A DNA stretch of 64,000 bases from an uncultured Gammaproteobacteria bacterium (GCA_964520615.1 CAZFNL010000137.1:148898-212897), one strand, 5' to 3'. Shown: positions 1 to 10,654, numbered from the stretch's first letter. A program made the numbers and translations. Notes: generated from the sequence alone by a model not told the origin.

Positions 1-2
1 AT

Positions 3-623
3 ATTTGTCGGCGTCATCTTTTGGGTTATTTTATAAATTAAATATACGTTTAGAAGATATGATAGTAAAAACATCAGCTTGAAATTTAGAAGTGTCGGAA
101 CAAACTTTCCAAATCCCAAAAAAGAAAAAGGTAATGTCACGAGTATCCATATCGGTCCGTACGGGTAGGTCCTGTGTGTCCAATGCATAAATCTGGTCCA
201 AAGGTCATTGGGATAATTGAGTGCTGAGTGGCTATAGGGATTGGCATGATAAAGTGTAATAATTCTGGCGTCAAACATATAATTGAATATATCATACGAA
301 AAAGCCGGGTATGAAAAGAAAAGAAAAACGCATGCTAAAGTAATTATGGTTATTATCTGACGGAAATTTATCTTCTTTTTTCCTATCAAAAACAATGTCA
401 AAGAATACAAAATATATAGACTACCCAATATTACACAATAAACTGCCACTGATATTGGCCTTTGGTAATAACCCAGATATATCAGTTGTTTTTGGAAAAA
501 CTGGTAGATATGGTTTGAGGAAAGCGTAAGGTTTAAGTCTATCTGAGAATATGAATAAACCGACAAAAAAAGAAAAACAGAAATATAAAGTGCGAGGAAA
601 AATAAAAATTTAGCTCGGTTCAT
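3..623 (-). CDS. Polytopic GT-C-type membrane glycosyltransferase (MptA/MptB-like), 3' end runs off the window
   Basis: Not in the ORF track. Manual translation from the ATG at 623 gives MNRAKFLFFLALYIS...FSYDIFNYMFDARII...NPY...RTYPYGPIW. SxDxxxY, NPY and PYGP motifs are typical of polyprenol-phosphomannose-dependent mannosyltransferases. Confidence 0.65.
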   Translation of the reverse strand, partial: MNRAKFLFFLALYISVFLFLSVYSYSQIDLNLTLSSNHIYQFFQKQLIYLGYYQRPISVAVYCVILGSLYILYSLTLFLIGKKKINFRQIITIITLACVFLFFSYPAFSYDIFNYMFDARIITLYHANPYSHSALNYPNDLWTRFMHWTHRTYPYGPIWILVTLPFSFLGFGKFVPTLLNFKLMFLLSYLLNVYLIYKITQKMTPTN

Positions 624-1386
624 AATCTTTCTTCTCAATGTAAGTGCCGTTTATACTATTCCACCTGATTCTTAAAAGATCCAAGAAACTTTCAATTGAA
701 TCCTTTATCGGATTAATGTGCCGTGTTTCCTGGTAATGCCACTCAACAGGAACTTCAATAATCTTATATCCCAAAAGCTTTGCCAGATAGAGTACTTCTA
801 CATCAAAACCTGCAGTAACTGTGGACCCGCTGACCCGACGTTTTAGGCTAAAAACTTGCAGCCTAGGAAAAATATCCAAAGCTGCCTTCCGGCTGAAAGC
901 CTTAAAGCCACATTGGGTATCAGAAATTCCCAGATTAAGTATAAAATTGCGTAAAAAAACAAATCCCCTTGCCATGGCCAAACGGAAAATTGGAGCTCCT
1001 TTTCTTTTGTCTTTGCGGGAACCGATGACGATGTCAATTTTTTTTTCAAAGTACGGCAAGAGGCTATTTATCTGACTAATGGGAGTTGCCTGATCCAAAT
1101 CAGAAAATAGAATTACTTTGCCCTTAGCATGCAAAACTCCTGCAGTAACAGCTGCTGCTTTACCTTGGTGTTTTTTTCTTAACAAACTGAATTTTTTATG
1201 GTCTTTGATAAAACTCTTTATAAGTGAAATACTATCATCAATACTACCGTCATCTACCAATATCACCTCATATGAAAAATTCCTTTTCCTCAGAAAATGT
1301 GAGACGCTTTCCAACGCACCCAACCTAATATTTCTTTCTTCGTTATAACAGGGAATAATGACTGATAAAAAAATTTCTTCTTGCAT
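610..1386 (-). CDS. GT2 glycosyltransferase, dolichyl-phosphate beta-glucosyltransferase-like
   Basis: SVIIPCYNE, VDDGS, DLDQ, DTQCGFKAF, FDVEVL motifs. Confidence 0.9.
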   Translation of the reverse strand: MQEEIFLSVIIPCYNEERNIRLGALESVSHFLRKRNFSYEVILVDDGSIDDSISLIKSFIKDHKKFSLLRKKHQGKAAAVTAGVLHAKGKVILFSDLDQATPISQINSLLPYFEKKIDIVIGSRKDKRKGAPIFRLAMARGFVFLRNFILNLGISDTQCGFKAFSRKAALDIFPRLQVFSLKRRVSGSTVTAGFDVEVLYLAKLLGYKIIEVPVEWHYQETRHINPIKDSIESFLDLLRIRWNSINGTYIEKKDYEPS

Positions 1387-1392
1387 GTCGGA

Positions 1393-2901
1393 TCAACCTT
1401 GATAATGTTTTAACAAAAAAACTCTAACTGTAACAACTTTCCATTCTTTCACTACTTCTGCCCTCCCGAATCCGGCTATCTCCCAAAGAGGATTACCCAG
1501 AGGATTGCACTCTTTATCTTCACATACCACAATGAGTGTATCTGTAACGGTTTTACGTGCAGGATCAACCGATGGAGTCTCAATTACCTGCGGTGGACGC
1601 CCCCACACCTCCAGAAAATATCTGTAAGCCTGGTCAGAGTTCCTCAGTGCAATAAGAGCGAAATTATAAGGTTTTCCGTCTGCCATTTTATAGACAAACC
1701 TGGAAACATCTTCAGTATTTTTGAGCATATTATTTGGAGGAATAAGAAGCGGATTTTTCTGGAGATTAAAAAAGGACAAGGCGATAATTACCAACACAAC
1801 CGCAATCTTACCAATATTCCTATGCTGCCATATGATAGAAAATGCAATACCGGTTATAAGAAACGGTGCGGCAAAAAGAGAACCGAAATAATAATCATAT
1901 ATTACTCCCCTATATATCCCAAAAGCGATAATTCCCGCAATAAACCAAATTCCTAAGATCGAAATGGACGATATTTGTTCTTTTTTCATTCTCACCTTAT
2001 TCCAGTAAAAATAAATTAGAACTGCTAAAAAAAGTATAAAAATTTTAGTCAAGTCAGCATCGGAAATAACAACCAACCTCCAGAAAAGTCTAACAAATAC
2101 ATCTGAAACAGTATTCCAAAAAGAAATTATAAAGGGCACGTTATGCACGTGTTGCTCCTCTACCAAAAACCTAAGGACAGCTTTGGTGTTTACAAAACTG
2201 TGCCGCAGTTCAAATAGAACGAATGGGGAATACGTCAGTAAAAATCCAAAAAAAGAATAGATATAATATTTCAACGGGATCCGAAATCTGATAAGAAAGA
2301 GACACGCTAATATGATTGGTAAAAACATGAATGTCACGTAGTGAAGCTGCAAAAGTATCCCCAAAGACAAAGCTATAATCACTAACCATCGGTTTTCTCG
2401 TCTTATGATAATTTTTAGAAGTCCGTAAATGATAAGAAGGGCAAAAAAAGGCACAACGTTGGGATTCCAAGACGATCTACCGTATGTTATCGTCAATGGA
2501 GATATTGCATAAAGAAAAGACGCTACCACTCCTGTAAACGGATTGAAAAAATCATTGCCTGTTCTGAATAAAAGATAAATCGTAGCTACGCTAAAGAGAG
2601 CCACCATGACAGCCGGACCGACTGGGTTTAACCCCCACAGAAAAAGAAAAGGAACCATCATATAGTAATATATTGGCCCCATATACATGGCTCCAACACT
2701 GGTGATTGGACCCAAAAGAGTCAACTTATGATCCACTATAATCCTTTTGACCACCAACACATCCCGCCCCTCATCTCCTAGAAATGTCATATATTCATTT
2801 ATCCTGTAAAGCCTAAGGAATGCACCCAAAATGAGTATGCCAAAAAGCAGCAAAAGTGGTATATATTTTTTCCAATTGGCGGATTTTTTTGATTTATCCA
2901 T
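1393..2901 (-). CDS. ArnT/PMT-family (GT-C) membrane glycosyltransferase
   Basis: LRLYRI...FLGDEGRD loop after TM1, GPIYYY, WNPN, many TM helices. Confidence 0.8.
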   Translation of the reverse strand: MDKSKKSANWKKYIPLLLLFGILILGAFLRLYRINEYMTFLGDEGRDVLVVKRIIVDHKLTLLGPITSVGAMYMGPIYYYMMVPFLFLWGLNPVGPAVMVALFSVATIYLLFRTGNDFFNPFTGVVASFLYAISPLTITYGRSSWNPNVVPFFALLIIYGLLKIIIRRENRWLVIIALSLGILLQLHYVTFMFLPIILACLFLIRFRIPLKYYIYSFFGFLLTYSPFVLFELRHSFVNTKAVLRFLVEEQHVHNVPFIISFWNTVSDVFVRLFWRLVVISDADLTKIFILFLAVLIYFYWNKVRMKKEQISSISILGIWFIAGIIAFGIYRGVIYDYYFGSLFAAPFLITGIAFSIIWQHRNIGKIAVVLVIIALSFFNLQKNPLLIPPNNMLKNTEDVSRFVYKMADGKPYNFALIALRNSDQAYRYFLEVWGRPPQVIETPSVDPARKTVTDTLIVVCEDKECNPLGNPLWEIAGFGRAEVVKEWKVVTVRVFLLKHYQG

Positions 2902-2910
2902 AAACCGGTT

Positions 2911-4044
2911 TTAGCTTTTAATATGGGTTTTCCATATAAAACGGCTGTAAGCAAAATAACTGTAAGGTATAACAAGGAAAACTATTGAAAGCACCATAAA
3001 TACAAACCAGCTGCCCACTCCAAAGAAATGAGTTCCCACCCCGACAACAACTCCTTGAATCAGGATAGCACCGACTGAGACAAGATTAAACTGTATGAAT
3101 TTTGAAACAATACGGTTGTTGTTTATTTTCTTATGGGAAAAGGTCCACAAGTTATTCAGTATGAAATTGGAGATTATTGCACCTTCTGCTCCTACTGATA
3201 CGGAAACACCCGGATTAAAAGACGACAATATAAGAATTTTGGAAACAAATGTCTGAATTAGAAATCCTATACCTCCGACTACAACATATTTGAAAAAACT
3301 GGCCGAACGTTCCAGTCTGATAGAAATACTGTTATTGACATATTCAACAATATCACGAAAATAATAACGGTTAAATCCGATTTTTGACTTTCCAAACCGT
3401 CTTTCCTTAAATACCACCGGCACTTCGCAAAACTTAGCTTCGGTTTTTGACAGTTCATAAAGTATTTGCAGCTGAAAGGAAAAACCGGCATTCTTCATCC
3501 TATCCAAATCCACCTTATCAAGAATCTTTTTTACCCTGATCGCCTTAAAATTACCAGCGTGATCTTTGACTTCACGAACGCCTGCCACAAACCACGCAAG
3601 AAGGGTATTTGATACATCATGATTTAATTTCCTAAACCAATTCCAACCCAACACTTTGCCACCGGCAACGTGACGGGAAGCTACCACCACATCAAATCCT
3701 TCATCAATTTTTTTGACCAGTTTGGGATAATCAGCAGGATCCCATTGGAAATCGGCGTCATTGGGAATGACGATATCCGCCCCCAATTTCGTCATGGCAT
3801 ATTTATATCCAAGGATAAGCGCCTTACCCAATCCTTCCTTTTTTTTCAATAACAATCTTACGTTCTTACTTTTCTCCATATATTTCTTCGCTACATTTGC
3901 TGTACCGTCAGGAGAATGATCGTCAACAACAAGTATCATATTTTCCCATTTAGGATATTTTTTCCCAACGCTGTTTATCATATCGATCATTTTGCCGATA
4001 TTTTCTTTCTCGTTGTACGTGGGAATTATATGAACAATTCTCAT
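2911..4044 (-). CDS. Polyprenol-phosphate glycosyltransferase (DPM1-like GT2) fused to a C-terminal GtrA domain
   Basis: IPTYNE, VDDHSPDGT, DAD, F.ERR.G.SK motifs; C-terminal FFKYVVVGG...NFILNNLWTF GtrA-like segment. Confidence 0.85.
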   Translation of the reverse strand: MRIVHIIPTYNEKENIGKMIDMINSVGKKYPKWENMILVVDDHSPDGTANVAKKYMEKSKNVRLLLKKKEGLGKALILGYKYAMTKLGADIVIPNDADFQWDPADYPKLVKKIDEGFDVVVASRHVAGGKVLGWNWFRKLNHDVSNTLLAWFVAGVREVKDHAGNFKAIRVKKILDKVDLDRMKNAGFSFQLQILYELSKTEAKFCEVPVVFKERRFGKSKIGFNRYYFRDIVEYVNNSISIRLERSASFFKYVVVGGIGFLIQTFVSKILILSSFNPGVSVSVGAEGAIISNFILNNLWTFSHKKINNNRIVSKFIQFNLVSVGAILIQGVVVGVGTHFFGVGSWFVFMVLSIVFLVIPYSYFAYSRFIWKTHIKS

Positions 4045-5003
4045 ACTTTCTTAAAATAGGTTACTGTTCTGACCAAACCTTCCGAAAGGGGAACCTGCGG
4101 CTGCCACTTTAGAAGTCGTTTAGCTTTTGTGATGTCGGGCTTTCGCCTGTCTGGATCGTCTATCTCCTTATCTTTCACATTTATTAGATGTGACTTTGAT
4201 CTTGTAAGTTTTAGTATATATTCTCCAATTTCTCTTATGGTTTTTTCATCAGGATTACCCATGTTTATTACTTCTCCATCCAATCCTTCTTTCTGTCCTG
4301 CAATAAGCAGTCCTTCAACCATATCGCTAACATAGCAAAAAGATCTCGTCTGAGAACCATCTCCATATATCGTCAAGGGCTTATCCGATAGGACCTGGTT
4401 GATAAAGTTTGAGACAACGCGGCCATCATCAGGTTGCATTCGCGGTCCATAAGTATTAAAAATTCTCACTATCCTTATCGGCAACTTAAACTTTCTGAAA
4501 AACTCCATAGTGAGCGACTCGGCAAAACGTTTCGCCTCGTCATAACATGAACGTGTTCCGACAGTGTTTACATTGCCGTAATATGTCTCCTTTTGTGGGT
4601 GGACATGGGGATTACCGTATACTTCTGAAGTGGATGCTAAAAGAAATTTAGACCCGTTTTGACGGGCTATCTGAAGTATGTTAAAAGTACCCTCAGAATT
4701 GACTCTAAGTGTTTCTATAGAATATCTTCGGTACTGGGGCGGGCTGGCGGGAGAAGCAAGATGATATATACACTTTGTCCCACCAAGTTCTTTTTGGACT
4801 TTTTGTGATAAAGGAGAAATGATATCGTGTTTGATAAAATGAAAAGATGTATTTTTGAAGAGGTGGCTGATGTTCTTCTGGCTTCCGGTCAAAAAGTTAT
4901 CAATACAATACACTTCAAATCCTTGCTCCAGGAGCCTGTCACATAAATTTGATCCTATAAATCCCGCTCCACCTGTAACAATGCATTTGTTTGATTTCTT
5001 CAT
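4041..5003 (-). CDS. UDP-glucuronate decarboxylase (UDP-xylose synthase)-like SDR
   Basis: GGAGFIG, HLASPASP, STSEVYG, CYDEAKR, RIFNTYGP, DDGRVVSNF. Confidence 0.85.
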   Translation of the reverse strand: MKKSNKCIVTGGAGFIGSNLCDRLLEQGFEVYCIDNFLTGSQKNISHLFKNTSFHFIKHDIISPLSQKVQKELGGTKCIYHLASPASPPQYRRYSIETLRVNSEGTFNILQIARQNGSKFLLASTSEVYGNPHVHPQKETYYGNVNTVGTRSCYDEAKRFAESLTMEFFRKFKLPIRIVRIFNTYGPRMQPDDGRVVSNFINQVLSDKPLTIYGDGSQTRSFCYVSDMVEGLLIAGQKEGLDGEVINMGNPDEKTIREIGEYILKLTRSKSHLINVKDKEIDDPDRRKPDITKAKRLLKWQPQVPLSEGLVRTVTYFKKV

Positions 5004-5063
5004 TATTTGACATTTGCTGATAATTTCCTTTTTTTATCTCCCGACTATTCAATAAAATTATTC

Positions 5064-6032
5064 TTATACCCTTGCCCTCCAATAATTCAAAAGATCTTCC
5101 ATTGTCTTTTCAAAAGGGATTTGCGGTTTCCAGCCGGTTTTCTTCATGAATTTTTGTGCGTCTCCCTTGAGTACCTCTACGTCTGACGGCCGCATCCTGC
5201 TTTTATCCTGCATAACTCTGATTTTCTTTTTAGACATCGATAAAAGAAGATCAAGTACATCTCTTATTTTTATTGTTTTTCCTGAGGCTATATTGTAGAC
5301 TTCTCCAGGATCACACTTTTGCACTGAAAGATAATAAGCCTTAACCATATCCCTCACGTCGGTATAATCCCTTTTTGCTTCAAGATTACCAACATACACT
5401 ATCGGCTCCGCCTTACTCTTTTCTATCTCAGCTATCTGCTTGGCAAAAGTTGACTCGGCAAAAACATTTCCCCTTCTAGGACCGGTGTGGTTAAAACCTC
5501 TGGTGCGTATTACCCGCAATTTATAGCTTTCCCAATACTGATACCCCAAATAGTCCATCGCCAGCTTGGATACGGCATAAGGTGATAGTGGCCTGAGCGG
5601 ATTTGTCTCTCTTATGGGCAACTCATTTGCAAAGACACGTCCGTATTCTTCAGATGAACAGGCAATCTGAATAGGTATATCAAGCTGGCTTTTTCTTACA
5701 GCCTCAAAAAGATGTACAGTCCCCGTAATATTAACCTCCAAAGTGTTTGCAGGCGACTGCCAAGATGACTGGACATAAGACTGAGCGGCAAGATGGAAAA
5801 TATAGTTAGGCTTTATCTCATCAACTACCGTATAAAGGGAGTGTGCATCCAGCAGATCTGCTTCATGTAATTTGACCTTATTTTTAATATGGTCAATATT
5901 GTCGCTTTTTGATCTCCAGCGTTGCACTCCATGCACTTCCACTCCCTCGGAAAGCAACAGTTCCGCCAAATGGCTGCCTGCAAATCCGGTAATTCCTGTT
6001 ATTAACGCTATTCTATTCCCTTTCTTAGACAT
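5064..6032 (-). CDS. GDP-mannose 4,6-dehydratase / GDP-6-deoxy-hexulose reductase-type SDR
   Basis: LITGITGFAG, HLAAQS, SSEEYG, PYAVSK, FNHTGP, GNL..KRD. Start placed at ATG 6032 (MSKKG), which follows a GGAGG RBS. Confidence 0.85.
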   Translation of the reverse strand: MSKKGNRIALITGITGFAGSHLAELLLSEGVEVHGVQRWRSKSDNIDHIKNKVKLHEADLLDAHSLYTVVDEIKPNYIFHLAAQSYVQSSWQSPANTLEVNITGTVHLFEAVRKSQLDIPIQIACSSEEYGRVFANELPIRETNPLRPLSPYAVSKLAMDYLGYQYWESYKLRVIRTRGFNHTGPRRGNVFAESTFAKQIAEIEKSKAEPIVYVGNLEAKRDYTDVRDMVKAYYLSVQKCDPGEVYNIASGKTIKIRDVLDLLLSMSKKKIRVMQDKSRMRPSDVEVLKGDAQKFMKKTGWKPQIPFEKTMEDLLNYWRARV

Positions 6033-6105
6033 ATAGCCCTCCAAATATACGCGCAAAACCAGTGATGCCAGTAATTAGCGCAACCTTTTTAGCTGATTTT
6101 TTCAT
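6025..6105 (-). pseudogene. 26-codon mini-ORF resembling the N-terminus of the downstream SDR (fragment or partial duplication)
   Basis: AAGGAGG RBS, then MKKSAKKVALITGITGFARIFGGLYV*; compare downstream MSKKGNRIALITGITGFAG. Confidence 0.55.
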
Positions 6106-6118
6106 AAATTCCTCCTTT

Positions 6119-7414
6119 TTATTCCCTTCCAACGCCTTTATAAGTAAATCCAAGATTTTTAACCTTCTGAGGGTCGTAAATATTGCGCCCGTCAAAAAGA
6201 AAGAAATGTCTCATCACTGATTTCAATGCAGATAGATCTAACTGCTTAAACTCATTCCATTCAGTCAATACCAATACAGCATCAGTTCCCGCTACTGCAT
6301 CCATAGCGCTTTTAGCATAAGTGACATCTTCTGGCAACACTTCACGGGCTTTATCCATAGCTACAGGGTCAAACGTCTTTATATTGGCGCCCTCCTGTTT
6401 CAGTTTTTTTATGACGTCAATTGAAGGAGCCTCTCTCATATCATCAGTATTTGGCTTGAAAGCTAAACCCAATACAGCAATAGTCTTACCTTTTACTCCC
6501 TTTAGAGTCTTTATCACTTTTTCAATAAACCTTTTTTTTGCTTCTTGGTTTATTTTATATACTGCCTTCAGAAGCTCAAAATCATAACCTTTATTCTGGG
6601 AAATGGCAATAAGCGCCTTCACATCTTTTGGAAAACAGCTTCCACCGAAACCCACTCCTGGGTAAAGGAAACTCCTTCCCAACCTTTTGTCTAGCCCCAC
6701 ACCCGTCAAGACCACTTCCACATCCGCCCCTACATGATCACAGATAAAGGCCATTGCATTGGCAAAAGAAATTTTAGTTGAAAGAAGCGAATTTGAAGCG
6801 TATTTGATCATCTCTGCGGATTCAATAGAATTCACAATTCTTTCTCCATCTATCGGTTTATGGAGATCCAGAAGTAAATCTTTGGCTTTCTGGCTATCTG
6901 CACCAATCACTATTCTATCCGGGTTGAGCGTATCCTGTAAGGCTGTCCCTTCACGCAAAAATTCAGGACACGATGCAATGTCATAACTGGATTTTTTGGG
7001 GGCAAACTTTTTCAAAATTTTGGTTACCTCTCTGTTGGTTCCCACAGGCACTGTGCTTTTAGTGGCAACCACAGTATAACCGCTTAGGCTTTTGGCAATT
7101 TCACGGGAAGCTGCAAAGACGCTTGAGAGATCCGCCTCACCGTTTGTCTTGGGTGGTGTACCGACACAAATAAATACTATCTTTGAGGATGGAACTGCTT
7201 CCTTATATTCTAGGGTAAAATGGAGTCTGCCTGCGACAATATTGCGCTTGACCATCTCAGCAAGCCCCGGCTCAAAAAAGGGCATAACACCCTTTTTCAG
7301 CTTCTCAATTTTTTCTTTTGTCCGACCTACTACCCATACATTATTGCCCAGATCGGCAAAAACCGCCGCTGAAACTAGCCCTACGTAACCATGTCCAATT
7401 ACTGCTATTCTCAT
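6119..7414 (-). CDS. ugd: UDP-glucose 6-dehydrogenase
   Basis: GHGYVG, CVGTP, KSTVPVG, PEFLREG, GFGGSCFPKD, LAFKPNTDDMREAP. Confidence 0.95.
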   Translation of the reverse strand: MRIAVIGHGYVGLVSAAVFADLGNNVWVVGRTKEKIEKLKKGVMPFFEPGLAEMVKRNIVAGRLHFTLEYKEAVPSSKIVFICVGTPPKTNGEADLSSVFAASREIAKSLSGYTVVATKSTVPVGTNREVTKILKKFAPKKSSYDIASCPEFLREGTALQDTLNPDRIVIGADSQKAKDLLLDLHKPIDGERIVNSIESAEMIKYASNSLLSTKISFANAMAFICDHVGADVEVVLTGVGLDKRLGRSFLYPGVGFGGSCFPKDVKALIAISQNKGYDFELLKAVYKINQEAKKRFIEKVIKTLKGVKGKTIAVLGLAFKPNTDDMREAPSIDVIKKLKQEGANIKTFDPVAMDKAREVLPEDVTYAKSAMDAVAGTDAVLVLTEWNEFKQLDLSALKSVMRHFFLFDGRNIYDPQKVKNLGFTYKGVGRE

Positions 7415-7530
7415 ATTTCTCTAGGTTTATCTAAAGAGATACCATCTTTTGATTTTTCAGAGGTTTCTCTGACATAAGGTCAATTATGAGCGAAAGTTGT
7501 CATTTCTGTAAAAAGAAGAGACTGTTTTGC

Positions 7531-8406
7531 TTACAGTAATGCTAATTGCCTTTTTACTTCCATCAAACCTTCGCAAAATGTGCGCATTTTAGCACCCAAT
7601 TTGGTTATTTTATCATTTTTCAAAGCCAGCCGACAAGGGCGAAATGCCCTACCTGCAAAATATTTATGACGCGTTACCTTTTCGTATTTTCCGTTCAAAT
7701 TGAAAGTTTTCGCAATCATACCAGTAGCCTCATAAGGAGAAAGGTTTTGGCTGCCCACTACATGAAAAATACCCTGAAATTCCCTTTCTATGAGCATATC
7801 TAGCGCTCCGGCAATATCATCGATAAAAGTGGGTGTGAAAATATGATCAGTAAGAGAAAGAAGTTTTTCGCACTTTGCCATCTTTTCCATAATCCGGCGG
7901 ACAAAATCAGTTCTTTCATCAAAAGAAGACCTATATGGATAAGACAGCCTGACTACCGCATGGGATATACTTGCGCCAAGCACAGTCGTCTCCCCTTCAT
8001 GTTTGGTATATCCGTACCAGTTGACGGGATTAGGTTCATCTTCTTCTGTGTAAAAATCTTTTGTTCCGTCAAAAACAAAATCAGTTGATATGTAAAGTAC
8101 CCTAAGGTTTAATTTTTTGGCGGCATTGACAATGTTTTTTGTCCCTTCCACATTTACCATGTACGCGGGACCGTCTTCCCCGAGTATCTTGTCATCTTCA
8201 CACCCGTCTACATCTGTTTTTGCAGCCATGTGAAGTATAGTTTTTGCTGCCGAGCCTTCACAGACATTAAAAACTTGGTCGTAATCGGTAATATCCACTC
8301 CTGTCTTGAAACTCAAATCGGTAAAATCGTATTTATCTTCCAAAAGCTCCACAACTCGCGTCCCTACGAGTCCCGACAGCCCGGTACCCAAAATAGGAAT
8401 TCTCAT
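7531..8406 (-). CDS. rfbD: dTDP-4-dehydrorhamnose reductase
   Basis: GLSGLVG, AAKTDVD.CE, ISTDFVFDG, P.NWYG.TK; start moved to ATG 8406 (MRIPILG); rfb context. Confidence 0.85.
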   Translation of the reverse strand: MRIPILGTGLSGLVGTRVVELLEDKYDFTDLSFKTGVDITDYDQVFNVCEGSAAKTILHMAAKTDVDGCEDDKILGEDGPAYMVNVEGTKNIVNAAKKLNLRVLYISTDFVFDGTKDFYTEEDEPNPVNWYGYTKHEGETTVLGASISHAVVRLSYPYRSSFDERTDFVRRIMEKMAKCEKLLSLTDHIFTPTFIDDIAGALDMLIEREFQGIFHVVGSQNLSPYEATGMIAKTFNLNGKYEKVTRHKYFAGRAFRPCRLALKNDKITKLGAKMRTFCEGLMEVKRQLALL

Positions 8407-8411
8407 AAGTT

Positions 8412-9425
8412 TTATATATCGCTGTATTGCTCTCTGTAATATTTCTGAAATATCTCGGACTTCAATCTTTTCCACCAGTCTTCATTTTTTTGGTACCAGT
8501 TGACAGTTTTCTCCAAAAGGGTATCAAAATCAGTAGCAGGCACCCAACCTAGTTCGTCTTTAATCTTAGACCAGCCCACGGCATATTTCCTGTCATGCCC
8601 AGGACGGTCTTTCACAAAAGTGATAAAACTTTCGTCTTTACCCAATATCCTGAGAATTTTCTTGATAATTCCCAGGTTTGATATATCGCAAGTCAGACCT
8701 CCCACGCAGTAAGTCTCTCCAATTTGGCCATCATGCAATACCAAATCAATAGCTTTGCAATGATCTTCTACATACAACCAATCACGAATATTTTGCCCAT
8801 CCCCGTATACAGGAACCTTCTTTCCTTCAAGAATGTTTGTCACTGCAAGGGGAATAAGCTTCTCGGGATACTGGTAAGGGCCGAAATTATTGGAGCAATT
8901 GGTGATGGTGATAGGCAAACCATATGTATGGAAATATGCCCGTACCAGATGGTCTGAAGCGGCTTTGCTGGCTGCATAGGGACTTCTGGGATTATAGGCA
9001 GTCTCTTCACTAAATTTACTTTTATCATCGAGTTCCAGCGAACCGAAAACTTCGTCTGTTGAAATATGGTGGAATTTTTTGACTTTATTTCTCAGGGCCG
9101 ACTCCAAAAGTACATGGGTACCGATAATATTTGTCTCTATAAAAGCCGAAGGTTTTTTTATCGACCGGTCTACATGGCTTTCTGCGGCAAAATGGCAGAC
9201 AATATCCGTATCACTCATCAATTTATCAACCAGTTCCCTATTGCAAATATCCCCTTTTACAAATTTGTAATTCTTCTCATTTTCGACACTCTTGAGGTTT
9301 TCCTGGTTTCCGGCATAAGTCAACTTATCAAGGTTTATGATCTCATCAGCCGGGTATTTCTTCATCCAATAAAGTATAAAGTTGCTTCCTATAAAACCGG
9401 ATCCACCAGTAACCAAAATAGTCAT
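8412..9425 (-). CDS. rfbB: dTDP-glucose 4,6-dehydratase
   Basis: LDKLTYAGN, FAAESHVDRSI, ISTDEV, SPYAASK, PEKLIP, DRPGHD. Confidence 0.95.
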   Translation of the reverse strand: MTILVTGGSGFIGSNFILYWMKKYPADEIINLDKLTYAGNQENLKSVENEKNYKFVKGDICNRELVDKLMSDTDIVCHFAAESHVDRSIKKPSAFIETNIIGTHVLLESALRNKVKKFHHISTDEVFGSLELDDKSKFSEETAYNPRSPYAASKAASDHLVRAYFHTYGLPITITNCSNNFGPYQYPEKLIPLAVTNILEGKKVPVYGDGQNIRDWLYVEDHCKAIDLVLHDGQIGETYCVGGLTCDISNLGIIKKILRILGKDESFITFVKDRPGHDRKYAVGWSKIKDELGWVPATDFDTLLEKTVNWYQKNEDWWKRLKSEIFQKYYREQYSDI

Positions 9426-9459
9426 AAATTATTCATGCTGATTTTATAAAAGTGAGAGC

Positions 9460-9921
9460 TTAAATCTTTTTCCAGTCAAAGCCAATTATTCTGTCGTCCT
9501 CCGGTATCCTTCCCTCCTCATCAATACTGTACGTTCCCGATGTGACATAAAAAAGTTCTGAGTCAGGGGAAATTACCTTGCATCCATGGGCTACTCCTGG
9601 CGGTATCTTTAGGACAACATTTTCCCCTTTTTCGCCAAGTATGAATTCATTTAATACTCCAAATGTCGGAGATCCTTTCCTCTTATCATAAAGGCCGACA
9701 TGTAAAGTTCCTTTTGCCACGTACCACCAGTCAACCTGGGTTTTATGTATATGCCAGGCTTTCACTACCCCTTTGTGCATATAGGAGTGGGACAACTGAC
9801 CGAACCCCTCGGCAAACATATCGTCAGTCACCCGTATCAGTTCTTCAAAATAACCCCGCGCGTCATGATGTCTGACAAGTTTTTTTATTATTATCCCTTC
9901 AATCATTTTTTTATTTTTCAT
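9460..9921 (-). CDS. rfbC: dTDP-4-dehydrorhamnose 3,5-epimerase family (cupin)
   Basis: D.RGYF.E, KAWH.H, D.R..SPT, IPPGVAHG; start moved to ATG 9921. Confidence 0.85.
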   Translation of the reverse strand: MKNKKMIEGIIIKKLVRHHDARGYFEELIRVTDDMFAEGFGQLSHSYMHKGVVKAWHIHKTQVDWWYVAKGTLHVGLYDKRKGSPTFGVLNEFILGEKGENVVLKIPPGVAHGCKVISPDSELFYVTSGTYSIDEEGRIPEDDRIIGFDWKKI

Positions 9922-10654
9922 TTGCTCTCCCTTTCTCGGCCCAATATTTATTTGCCTGGTATAAAGTATCAAAAGTTCCTGTATCCGACCAAAAACCGTC
10001 CAGCTTCGCCCATCTTAAAGTCGACCGTTTTATATACTGGTTATTTACGTCTGAAATCTCAAGTTCATTTCTCCATGACGGTTCACAATCCCTAATATAA
10101 TCAAATACATTATTATCATATATATAGACTCCAGGGACGACGTAATTACTTTTTGGCTCTTTAGGTTTTTCCTCGATTGCCGCTATTTTACTTGGGTCTT
10201 TGGTATCAAAGACGGGGACTCCAAAACGTCCCAGTTCCTTTTTATCCCCGACTTTCTTAAGAAAGATAAGGGCACCTTCCTTAAATGAGTCCACATCTTT
10301 CTTGATATTAGCATCAGTCGTATTGTCGCCAAGAATCACGGTAATATTACCGTTGTCAGAAAAGTCCTCAGCCAGAAGTAAAGCGTCGGCTATTCCCCCA
10401 TCCGGCCTTTCCTGGTAAGCATATTCCAAATGCTTGACCCCTAACTCTTTCCCGTTTTTCAGGACACTTATAAAGTCACCTGAGTGCGGACCGCTTGTGA
10501 CAAGGATTATTTCGGAAATACCCGCTTCAACCAAAGTCCTTATGGGATAAAAAACCATCGGCTGGTTATAGACCGGCAAAAGATGTTTGTTGGTGGCAAA
10601 TGTCAGAGGATAAAGCCTTGTTCCTAATCCGCCTGCGAGTATGACGCCTTTCAT
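9911..10654 (-). CDS. rfbA: Glucose-1-phosphate thymidylyltransferase (short form)
   Basis: ILAGGLGTRLYP, KHLLPVY, LGDN, EEKP, ELEISD, WSDTGT. Confidence 0.9.
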   Translation of the reverse strand: MKGVILAGGLGTRLYPLTFATNKHLLPVYNQPMVFYPIRTLVEAGISEIILVTSGPHSGDFISVLKNGKELGVKHLEYAYQERPDGGIADALLLAEDFSDNGNITVILGDNTTDANIKKDVDSFKEGALIFLKKVGDKKELGRFGVPVFDTKDPSKIAAIEEKPKEPKSNYVVPGVYIYDNNVFDYIRDCEPSWRNELEISDVNNQYIKRSTLRWAKLDGFWSDTGTFDTLYQANKYWAEKGRANEK

